From Thermovirgaceae bacterium (lineage in GTDB: Bacteria; Synergistota; Synergistia; Synergistales; Thermovirgaceae), in NCBI GenBank assembly GCA_046542505.1, contig JBKHBH010000033.1, positions 1-19,673 on the forward strand: a stretch of DNA of 19,673 nucleotides. Direction: 5' to 3'. The notes beneath the pieces were generated by a model. It saw only the letters and a list, made by a program, of their open reading frames with translations. It searched no databases and had not been told where the DNA came from. The translations under genes and the position numbers were made by a program. Positions within the stretch are counted from its first letter, which is position 1; each line of letters begins with the position of its first letter. Shown here piece by piece: positions 8,012 through 15,608 of this stretch.

Positions 8012-9619
8012 ATGAAGAAATTTGTTGCGCTTGTAGCAGTTGCGGCGTTGGTAGCCTTTGCGGCTCCAGCCTTTGCGGCCAATCCGTTCATGGATGTTCC
8101 CATGGAACACTGGGCCTATGACGCGGTCAGCCAGCTCGCCTCCAGAGGCATCGTCACCGGGTATCCCGATGGCGCCTTCAAGGGCGAGTGGAAGGCCACC
8201 AGATACGAGATGGCTTCCGTCGTGGCCAGGGCGCTCGCCCATGTGGACATGAACAAGGCGAGCAAGGAAGACCTCGAGCTCCTCAAGAGACTCGTCGTCG
8301 AATTCAAGGATGAGCTTGACGCCCTCGGCGTGAAGGTCGAAGACCTCGACGAAAGGGTCGGTGTTCTTGAGGATCGTCTCGGCGGATGGGAGTTCAGCGG
8401 ATATTTCCGGACCACTGCGAAAATGTATGACAACAAAGACGATGACTGGAGTGCCGACCGTTTCCGTCTGAACATGAGGAAATACCTCGATGACAAGGTC
8501 ACCATGAACATCCGACTCCAGGGCGGCGCTGGAGAGTCCCTCGCGGTCGAACTGGCCTATCTGAGCATCAAGGATTTCCTCTTCGAGGGATCCTCGCTCA
8601 CGGTGGGCAAGTTCTGGCATGACTGGGAAGGTGGTTTCTACGCTGTTGATCCCTTCTTCTTCAACATTAATGATGCCTGGATCACCGACAGGGCCGATGA
8701 TCTTGGCTTCGCCTACAGCGTGCCCTTTGCCGGTCTCGGCAGCTTCAATCTCTACGTGGCACGTGACAGCGTTGACCAGAGCATTGAAGAAGACGAATTC
8801 GATGTGATTGATGAGTACAGCTACGGAGAGATAGATGTAGTTATTGAAGACGACCTTTACGCAAAGGCAAGTCTCGATACTGGGCGTTACGTTTATGGTG
8901 CGCGCCTTGACTTCCAGTTCAACGAGATGTTCGGTATGGGCCTCAACTGGATGAACTTCGACTACGACAGCGGCGCAGAAGGTCAGCTCTTTATTGAAGA
9001 AACCGAAACTGTGATTGACGGTGACTTCGAAACAAGTCAGACTTGGTTGTGGAAAGGCCCAAAAGTCACCCTGGCAGCAGATTACAACGTTCTTTGGGCC
9101 GACTTTACGGTCGACTTCACACCGGGCATCGAATTTAAGGGACAGTACTTCAAAGAAGATCTTGACCCGGCGTGGCAGGTAACAGGTGATACACCAGACG
9201 ACTCTCCTACCGCCTGGAAAGCTGTTCTTGACGTTGATCAGGATGTACTGGGCTTCACCAGCCTCTGGGTCGAGTATGCTCAGCTGGACAAAGGGTTTGT
9301 CATGGACAACACCTGGTCCTACGGCTGGGTCAGCGGCGTACATTACCTGAACAGCATGGGACAGGTTGCTGAGGATACGGACATTTGGAATGTCTACGCC
9401 CAGCAGAAGTGGAACGAGAAATGGGGAACCTACCTGCGTTACAACAAGGTTGACGGCGGCCAGTTTGCCGACTACGATGTCTGGACAGCTTCAATCCAGT
9501 ACTGGTATACCCCGAACATGGCCTTTGAAGTTGGCTACGACAAGCTCGATGGAACCTCGAATTACGGTGATGCGATCGACGAGGATACCATCTGGGTCCG
9601 CACGGCGGTGTTCTTCTAG
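8012..9619 (+). CDS. SLH-domain outer-membrane beta-barrel protein (OmpM-like major porin)
   Basis: Signal peptide (…APAFA/ANPF). SLH domain FMDVPMEHWAYDAVSQLASRGIVTGYPDG...TRYEMA, then coiled-coil stalk LKRLVVEFKDELDALGVKVEDLDERVGVLE. Alternating aromatic beta-strands and a C-terminal Phe. AAGGGGGT SD. Confidence 0.92.
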   Translation: MKKFVALVAVAALVAFAAPAFAANPFMDVPMEHWAYDAVSQLASRGIVTGYPDGAFKGEWKATRYEMASVVARALAHVDMNKASKEDLELLKRLVVEFKDELDALGVKVEDLDERVGVLEDRLGGWEFSGYFRTTAKMYDNKDDDWSADRFRLNMRKYLDDKVTMNIRLQGGAGESLAVELAYLSIKDFLFEGSSLTVGKFWHDWEGGFYAVDPFFFNINDAWITDRADDLGFAYSVPFAGLGSFNLYVARDSVDQSIEEDEFDVIDEYSYGEIDVVIEDDLYAKASLDTGRYVYGARLDFQFNEMFGMGLNWMNFDYDSGAEGQLFIEETETVIDGDFETSQTWLWKGPKVTLAADYNVLWADFTVDFTPGIEFKGQYFKEDLDPAWQVTGDTPDDSPTAWKAVLDVDQDVLGFTSLWVEYAQLDKGFVMDNTWSYGWVSGVHYLNSMGQVAEDTDIWNVYAQQKWNEKWGTYLRYNKVDGGQFADYDVWTASIQYWYTPNMAFEVGYDKLDGTSNYGDAIDEDTIWVRTAVFF

Positions 9620-9631
9620 GAAAACAGGATG

Positions 9632-9640
9632 TGCTATACT
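9632..9640 (+). promoter_or_regulatory. Putative extended -10 promoter (TGcTATACT)
   Basis: TGnTATACT directly 5' of the terminator hairpin; weak -35. Confidence 0.4.
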
Positions 9641-9642
9641 CA

Positions 9643-9675
9643 GGGCGGGAGCAATTGCTCCCGCCCATTTTTTTT
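9643..9675 (+). terminator. Intrinsic terminator of the porin gene
   Basis: Perfect 24-bp palindrome GGGCGGGAGCAATTGCTCCCGCCC followed by A and T8. Confidence 0.9.
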
Positions 9676-9693
9676 GACTGGAGTGATCGGCGT

Positions 9694-10434
9694 ATGCGCA
9701 GGATTATTTCTTTAGGCCTGACAGGTATTCTTGCCGTTACATTGGCGACATCCTGTTATGCAGCATCTTTTGACAAAACACTTCAAAGGTGGCAGAAGAC
9801 ACAAAACTTTGGCGACAGCGGAGAACAGATCGAAATAACGGCCACTTACTATGCTGCAGAATACATAGAGGCCCTCGCGCAAAAAGAGGCTGAAACCAAC
9901 CTCTGGACGGCCGATGAACTGGAACAGTACAAATACCGGCTATTAACCAACCTGAAGCTGGAGGATACGATCCCCGTTCATATAAAATTCAAGGTCAGGG
10001 GGCCGTCACTCCATCTGGCACCTTTTGGAGAGCAGATCTGGCTGCGTATAGGTGGAGAACGGTACAGCCCGGTGGAATATGATCCACGTTTTAATTTCAA
10101 GATTTCCGACGAACGCGACGGCATGATACATTTCCCGAGGTATGATGAAAAAACAGGAGAGGACCTTTTGGAAGGAGCCGATACGGTCAAGCTCGAAATC
10201 AGCGGGAGTGTAAGCATGGCCATCAAACCACATGCTGTCGAGTTTTACTGGGATGTCAACAAGGATGATCCCTCAAGGTTTTATACCGGAGAGGCCGGGC
10301 AAAGACTCGAAAGAGATCGTCTCATAAATCGCCTTGAAAAACTGAACGATAAAAAATCAGAACTGGAAAAAGAGCTGGCAGACGTTACATCCGAGATCAC
10401 TCAAATTGAACAACGACTTGAAGAGCTTCAGTAA
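9694..10434 (+). CDS. Secreted/periplasmic hypothetical protein with C-terminal coiled coil
   Basis: ATG 9694 with GGAGTG SD. Signal peptide MRRIISLGLTGILAVTLATSCYA. Heptad-rich C-terminus (LERDRLINRLEKLNDKKSELEKELADVTSEITQIEQRLEELQ). Confidence 0.85.
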   Translation: MRRIISLGLTGILAVTLATSCYAASFDKTLQRWQKTQNFGDSGEQIEITATYYAAEYIEALAQKEAETNLWTADELEQYKYRLLTNLKLEDTIPVHIKFKVRGPSLHLAPFGEQIWLRIGGERYSPVEYDPRFNFKISDERDGMIHFPRYDEKTGEDLLEGADTVKLEISGSVSMAIKPHAVEFYWDVNKDDPSRFYTGEAGQRLERDRLINRLEKLNDKKSELEKELADVTSEITQIEQRLEELQ

Positions 10435-10456
10435 AAGATACGAGATTTGAAAACAG

Positions 10457-10491
10457 AAGGCGGCGGGATAATTACCCCGCCGCCTTTTTTT
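10457..10491 (+). terminator. Intrinsic terminator
   Basis: AAGGCGGCGGG-ataattac-CCCGCCGCCTT followed by a T tract. Confidence 0.9.
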
Positions 10492-10504
10492 GCAGGCCGC
10501 TGCA

Positions 10505-10513
10505 TGGTACGAT
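10505..10513 (+). promoter_or_regulatory. Putative extended -10 promoter for pfkA (TGgTACGAT)
   Basis: TGnTACGAT between the terminator and the pfkA SD (AAGGGTG). Confidence 0.4.
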
Positions 10514-10546
10514 GTGGAAAACCTGTACTTTCAAAGGGTGAAGCCA

Positions 10547-11506
10547 ATGAAACGAATTGCGGTACTGACCAGCGGCGGAGATTCCCCGGGAATGAATGCC
10601 GCGACCCGGGCCGTGACCCGTACTGCCATCTCCGGAGGTCTTGAAGTCTATGGTGTCATGCGCGGTTTTGAAGGGCTTCTGGACAAGGATATACACCCCT
10701 TGCGGGTACGGGACGTGGGTGGGATTATCCACCGGGGTGGGACCATCCTCCAAACGGCACGGTCGGAACGGTTTCGGATGCCGGCGGAGCAGGACAAGGC
10801 GGTGGAGAACCTCCGGTCAATGGATATCGAAGCCCTCGCGGTCATCGGCGGTGACGGATCATTTCGGGGCGCCGCGGAGCTTGAAAGGCGAGGTCTCCCG
10901 GTGGTGGGCATCCCCGGCACGATAGACAACGACATCGGAGCCACGGACCTGACCATCGGGTTCCGGACGGCCGTAGAAACGGCCCTTGACGCCGTCATGC
11001 GACTTCGGGACACGGCTTCGAGCCATGATCGTCTTTTTATCGTGGAAGTCATGGGTCGTCACTCGGGTTTTATCGCCCTTGAGGTGGCCGTGGCGGGAGG
11101 GGCCGAGGCGGTACTTGTTCCCGAGGTCCCATTCAGCCTGGGACGTCTCATAGACAAACTTCACGCTGCCAGACAGAAGGGAAAGACCCATTCACTGATA
11201 GTCCTCTCAGAAGGAGTCATGGGTGCCAGCGAGCTTCGTGAAAGAATCCAGGACACTGGGGGCTATGATGCCAGGGTCACCGTCCTGGGGCACATCCAGC
11301 GGGGGGGCAGTCCTTGCGCCATAGACATCATACTTGCCTCGAGAATGGGGCGGGCGGCCGTAGAAGCCTTGCTTGCAGGCGAGAGGCGGGGCATGACCGC
11401 CGCATCCTGCGGACGTGTCAAAGTTGTTCCCCTTGAAAGGGCGTGGGAGGAGAAAAAGCGCCTTGACGCGGAACTGATGGAGATTGTGGAGGTCTTGAGC
11501 ATCTGA
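10547..11506 (+). CDS. pfkA: ATP-dependent 6-phosphofructokinase
   Basis: MKRIAVLTSGGDSPGMNAA, RGGTILQTARS, IGGDGS, PGTIDND, VEVMGR, LGHIQRGG. Confidence 0.97.
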   Translation: MKRIAVLTSGGDSPGMNAATRAVTRTAISGGLEVYGVMRGFEGLLDKDIHPLRVRDVGGIIHRGGTILQTARSERFRMPAEQDKAVENLRSMDIEALAVIGGDGSFRGAAELERRGLPVVGIPGTIDNDIGATDLTIGFRTAVETALDAVMRLRDTASSHDRLFIVEVMGRHSGFIALEVAVAGGAEAVLVPEVPFSLGRLIDKLHAARQKGKTHSLIVLSEGVMGASELRERIQDTGGYDARVTVLGHIQRGGSPCAIDIILASRMGRAAVEALLAGERRGMTAASCGRVKVVPLERAWEEKKRLDAELMEIVEVLSI

Positions 11507-12372
11507 TGGACGTCGCAAAATCCCTGTGTGCGATTGTTGCTTCGGGACGGGCGAAACGTGGCGTCGCGAGGCTCTGCAAAGGAGAGATCCTTACCCGGGC
11601 CGTCAATATCCTGGAAAGGGCAGGGCGGGTTGTCCTGGTCACCGGTTTTTACGTCCCGATCGCCAAGTCGCCTGAAACGGACGGGCCCCCGGGAACGGCG
11701 GTTCTCGCAAGAGCACTTCAGGGTCTTGGCAAGACGGTTGAAACAGCAACGGACCGCCCGAATATTGAAGCTTTTGCCGCATGCTGCTCTGTCCTGGGGA
11801 TTGAGGCTCCCCTTTGTGTTTTTTCCCCGGAGGAGATCCTCGCCCGGGACCCGGATGCCCTTGTCTTTGTCGAGCGCCTTGGCGCTGCGGCCGACGGTCG
11901 GTATTACAACATGCGCGGGGAGGACATCACTTTTTGGACGGCGTGCCTGGACCGGGCGGCCAGCCTCGTTGAGGGGGAAATCCCGGTGGTTGCCATTGGC
12001 GATGGAGGGAACGAGGCAGGGATGGGATGCCTGAAGGAGGAGCTTGAAAATCTGCTTCCCTCCTTTTCGAAATGTCTGTGCCAGGTGACGGCCGACGTCG
12101 CCCTTCCCGTGGACGTCTCAAATTGGGGTGCCTATGCCCTTTCTGGATTGCTTTCCGTGAAAGCAGGAAGATGGCTCGGCCACGATTTGAGGGAGGAGCG
12201 GGCGATGATCGAGGCCATGGTCGAAAGAGGGGCGGTGGACGGGGTTTCCTGCCTGCGAACGGCCTCGGTGGACGGGATGCCTGCTGAAGTCCACGAGGCC
12301 GTGGTCAATCGCATAAGAAATCTTTGCATGGAACATATTCAGAAAAAAGGCGCCGAATCAGCACGGGCCTGA
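11506..12372 (+). CDS. DUF4392 / D-glutamate cyclase domain protein
   Basis: VTGF, ETDGPPG, ERLG...DGRYYNMRGEDI, IGDGGNEAGMG, VSNWGAY, VDG motifs. TGATG overlap with pfkA. Confidence 0.88.
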   Translation: MDVAKSLCAIVASGRAKRGVARLCKGEILTRAVNILERAGRVVLVTGFYVPIAKSPETDGPPGTAVLARALQGLGKTVETATDRPNIEAFAACCSVLGIEAPLCVFSPEEILARDPDALVFVERLGAAADGRYYNMRGEDITFWTACLDRAASLVEGEIPVVAIGDGGNEAGMGCLKEELENLLPSFSKCLCQVTADVALPVDVSNWGAYALSGLLSVKAGRWLGHDLREERAMIEAMVERGAVDGVSCLRTASVDGMPAEVHEAVVNRIRNLCMEHIQKKGAESARA

Positions 12373-12374
12373 AG

Positions 12375-12869
12375 TCAAAAGCGGTTTCCCTTCAGGGCGG
12401 AAAGCCGTTTTTCCATCAGCGGCGCGAAAAGAAGTGCGAAGGCGCCGCCGATTCCCGTTTGCACGAAATCCGTAACAAGTTCGACGGGGGCGACCTTCCA
12501 TCCATAAAGAAATCCCGCGCTCGTGGTGTACCCGACGATCATGACGAGAGCGCCTGCAAGGATGGCGGTCTTTCTCCCCTTGGGAGCGAGGATTCCTACG
12601 ACGGCTCCTTCCGTCCCCTTGATGAGAAGTGTCAGCGGAGCCCAAAGAGGATAGCCCAGAAGAATGTCCGCCAATGCAGCGCCGATCCCGCCGGAAAGTG
12701 CCCCGTATCTGGCCCCGAGCAGGATGGCGATCACGTAGATGACTCCTTCTCCCAGGTTGAAGTAGATGCGCATCCCGGGCATGGGGACATGAATCATGGT
12801 CGCCAGGGCGACGGCTGCAGCGAGCATTGCGCCAAGAGCGACGTTTCTGGTGATGTCGTGACTTTTCAC
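12375..12869 (-). CDS. ECF transporter substrate-binding S component (COG4720, HmpT/PdxU-like)
   Basis: 164-aa hydrophobic protein with AMLAA (AxxxA), YFNLGEG, GGIGAALADILLGYPLWAPLTLLIKG. GTG start with GAGGAGG SD. Confidence 0.9.
   Translation of the reverse strand: MKSHDITRNVALGAMLAAAVALATMIHVPMPGMRIYFNLGEGVIYVIAILLGARYGALSGGIGAALADILLGYPLWAPLTLLIKGTEGAVVGILAPKGRKTAILAGALVMIVGYTTSAGFLYGWKVAPVELVTDFVQTGIGGAFALLFAPLMEKRLSALKGNRF
12377..12412 (+). terminator. Possible (bidirectional) terminator at the convergent DUF4392/ECF junction
   Basis: AAAA-GCGGTTTCC...GGAAA(G)CCGT-TTTT imperfect hairpin flanked by A and T runs, inside the 3' end of the ECF gene. Confidence 0.35.
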
Positions 12870-13104
12870 TGAAATTCATCCTCCTCTTCCTCATCGTTCT
12901 CTATGAGTGTATGCTTGACAGGGAAGATGGTACAGATCCAGTGAAGGCCGTCCCGCACGTCTTTTTGGACTTGTTGCCGCACAGGGGTAGGAGTTCGTAT
13001 GGATGCGGCCTTGTACAAATCGAGAGAACCCGGAATGTCGCAGAAAAGGCACCGGCTCAATGTTCAGGGAAAAACTTGCCAGAAACCGAGGTAGTTGAGG
13101 TATA

Positions 13105-13539
13105 ATGCTGAAGACAGGAAAACAGTTTTTTTTCATTTCCCTCATATTGTGTGTGCCCGCCATCGTCTTTCTGGTATGGTTGTATGGGCAGCACAATTTT
13201 GCCGGCCCGCTGAAAATTCACAGCGTCGACCTGTGCAAGGAGCTTGACGAGAACAACCTTCCTTCGACACCGGCGGAGCGGTTTGAATGGGGCACACGCC
13301 AGGTTTGCCTTCACTTTGTTTACAGCGCGCCGCGCGCGGGTTCGCAAGTACGGATACAATGGGTTTACGAGAATCGTGTTATTTCCCAGGAACAGTTGAC
13401 GATTACCGAAAAAAAGGGCGTCAAGGCCTTTTATTTGCTAAGAGAAGACGGCACCCCCCTTCCAATGGGCGATTATTGCGTTGTAATAGAAAGCGACGGC
13501 AAGGAAACTTTGCGCCGTTGTTTTTCGATCACACGCTGA
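13105..13539 (+). CDS. Membrane-anchored hypothetical protein, predicted beta-sandwich (Ig-like) domain
   Basis: One N-terminal TM helix, then a beta-rich pattern (F....QVCLHFVY...VRIQWVY...[14 protein letters not shown]....CFSI). GAGGT upstream. Confidence 0.75.
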   Translation: MLKTGKQFFFISLILCVPAIVFLVWLYGQHNFAGPLKIHSVDLCKELDENNLPSTPAERFEWGTRQVCLHFVYSAPRAGSQVRIQWVYENRVISQEQLTITEKKGVKAFYLLREDGTPLPMGDYCVVIESDGKETLRRCFSITR

Positions 13540-13567
13540 AACCGATTCAGCGCAAAGGAGTTGCAAA

Positions 13568-14221
13568 ATGCGTTTTTTTCTTGACACCGCGGAAGTTGGT
13601 GAAATCCGCAAGGCAGCGTACTGGGGCGTCATCAGTGGCGTTACCACAAATCCCACCCTTGTAGCGAAAAGCAACCAGGATCTTGAAAGCGTCATTACCG
13701 AAATCTGCGATATCGTTGACGGCCCGGTCAGCGCCGAGGCTGTTTCCCTTGATGTCGAAGGCATGGTGCAGGAAGGGCGCGAACTGGCTTCGATCCACGA
13801 CAACGTAGTGGTGAAGATACCCATGACCGCTGAGGGCATGGCGGCCACCCGGCGGCTTTCCGACGAGGGCATTGATGTGAACGTAACCCTTGTCTTTTCT
13901 CCGCAGCAGGCGCTTCTGGCGGCCGCGGCGGGAGCGGCCTATGTAAGCCCCTTTATCGGGCGGCTTGATGACATCGGCGAGGACGGCATCGGGCTCGTCC
14001 AGGATATTGCGGAGGTTTTCCTGCTCCAGGATATCCCAGTCGAGATCATCGCCGCCAGCATCAGACACCCACGGCACGTGATCGATTCGGCTCTTGCCGG
14101 GGCCGACATCGCCACCGTTCCTTTCGCCGTCCTTGAGAAGTGTTTCAAACATCCCTTGACGGACAAAGGCATCGAACGGTTTCTTGCCGACTGGGAGGGA
14201 GCCCGGAAGAACAATGGCTGA
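13568..14221 (+). CDS. tal: Transaldolase, TalC/MipB (FSA-like) subfamily
   Basis: FLDTA, GVTTNP, VVKIP (Schiff-base Lys), NVTLVF, AASIR, HPLTDKG. Glu in VSAE and Phe in YVSPF indicate transaldolase rather than FSA (Gln/Tyr). AAGGAG SD. Confidence 0.92.
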   Translation: MRFFLDTAEVGEIRKAAYWGVISGVTTNPTLVAKSNQDLESVITEICDIVDGPVSAEAVSLDVEGMVQEGRELASIHDNVVVKIPMTAEGMAATRRLSDEGIDVNVTLVFSPQQALLAAAAGAAYVSPFIGRLDDIGEDGIGLVQDIAEVFLLQDIPVEIIAASIRHPRHVIDSALAGADIATVPFAVLEKCFKHPLTDKGIERFLADWEGARKNNG

Positions 14222-15572
14222 CAACGAAACGGTTGAAACCAGGGCCCAGACAGAAGCAACGCGGGATAACGGTCAGAGTGTCAACGGCAACGGCGAAACG
14301 CGGAAGGTTCCCCGGCCCAAACACTCCTTCGGGGATCTTCACGGGCGGGGGTTGACGGAGTTGCGCAAGACCGCCCGACAGCTCAAGCTGCCCGGCGCTT
14401 CGACGTTGCGCAAGGATGATCTCGTCATCGCCATCCTCAAGGCCCAGACGGAAAGCATGGGATTCCGGTTCGGCGGCGGTACCCTTGAGGTGCTGCCCGA
14501 GGGATACGGTTTCTTGCGCCCGAGAGGACTTTTGCCGAGCGACCATGACATTTATGTCTCAGCCTCACAGATTCGGCGTTTCGGACTCCGGAACGGGGAC
14601 CTCGTCTGGGGCCTCATAAGACCTCCCAAGGATCAGGAGCACTATGAAGCTCTTCTCAGGGTCGAGGTAGTCAACTTCTCGGACCCCGAAGAGGCAAGAA
14701 AACGCCCTCACTTCGAGCGCCTTACGCCGATTTTCCCCGATTTCCGGATGCAGCTCGAGACAAAAAAGCACGAACTGACGACACGGCTCATCGACCTGTT
14801 CGCCCCAATCGGGAAAGGTCAGAGGGCGTTGATCGTGTCACCTCCCAAGGCCGGCAAAACGACGGTTCTCAAGAAGATCGCCAATGCCGTGACGGAGAAC
14901 CACCCGGAAACGATCCTTATGGTTTTGCTGGTGGACGAGCGGCCCGAAGAGGTCACCGACATGGAGCGATCCGTCGACGGCGAGGTCATAGCCTCCACTT
15001 TCGACAGGCCGGCAGAGGAGCATATGAGGGTGGCCAACCTGACCCTGGAAAAGGCGAAACGCCTGGTGGAAGTGGGAAAAGATGTAGTCCTTCTGCTCGA
15101 TTCCATTACCAGACTTGCTCGTGCGTCCAACCTCGTGGTTCCTCCTTCCGGAAGGACCCTCTCTGGTGGCATGGATCCCTCCGCACTGTATTTCCCGAAG
15201 CGTTTTTTCGGGGCCGCACGGAACATCGAGGAAGGCGGAAGCCTGACGATCATCGGGACGGCCCTGGTTGACACCGGAAGCCGTATGGACGAAGTCATCT
15301 ACGAGGAATTCAAGGGTACGGGGAATATGGAGGTCCATCTTTCGAGGAAGCTTTCGGAGCAGAGGATTTTCCCCGCCATTGACATTACACGCTCCGGTAC
15401 GCGGCGCGAGGAACTCCTCATGGGAGAGGAAGAACTCCAGAGGGTCTGGGTGCTGCGGCGCAGGATCGCCAATGTCGACGAGGCTGAAGTATTGAACCTC
15501 ATTCTCGGAAAACTGAAAAGCACGGCGACGAATACCGATTTCCTGGCTACGATAAAAGTCAACCAGGCCTGA
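14214..15572 (+). CDS. rho: Transcription termination factor Rho
   Basis: [33 protein letters not shown]-loop [42 protein letters not shown]. Start overlaps the tal stop. Confidence 0.97.
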   Translation: MADNETVETRAQTEATRDNGQSVNGNGETRKVPRPKHSFGDLHGRGLTELRKTARQLKLPGASTLRKDDLVIAILKAQTESMGFRFGGGTLEVLPEGYGFLRPRGLLPSDHDIYVSASQIRRFGLRNGDLVWGLIRPPKDQEHYEALLRVEVVNFSDPEEARKRPHFERLTPIFPDFRMQLETKKHELTTRLIDLFAPIGKGQRALIVSPPKAGKTTVLKKIANAVTENHPETILMVLLVDERPEEVTDMERSVDGEVIASTFDRPAEEHMRVANLTLEKAKRLVEVGKDVVLLLDSITRLARASNLVVPPSGRTLSGGMDPSALYFPKRFFGAARNIEEGGSLTIIGTALVDTGSRMDEVIYEEFKGTGNMEVHLSRKLSEQRIFPAIDITRSGTRREELLMGEEELQRVWVLRRRIANVDEAEVLNLILGKLKSTATNTDFLATIKVNQA

Positions 15573-15608
15573 TTTTTCGAGAGCCCCGTTTGAGAGGAGT
15601 GAGTCTCT

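Noticed and set aside
7952..9343. 463-aa antisense ORF opposite the porin
   Set aside because: Shadow frame of a codon-biased, highly expressed gene; no recognisable motifs.
10517..10534. GAAAACCTGTACTTTCAA encodes ENLYFQ (TEV protease site-like) in frame just upstream of pfkA
   Set aside because: No tag, vector or linker sequence around it. It is followed by Arg and lies in the probable 5' UTR, upstream of the SD and the conserved MKRIAV start. Most likely a coincidence.
12915..12920. Perfect TTGACA on the + strand
   Set aside because: No -10 element at 16-18 bp spacing.
12866..13060. 64-aa minus-strand ORF (MSRCLFCD...EEEEDEFQ) overlapping the ECF start by GTGA
   Set aside because: TTG start with no SD. 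The acidic tail is simply the purine-rich ECF SD region, and the CxxC is not followed by a HIT or other domain. It cannot be fully excluded without ribosome profiling.
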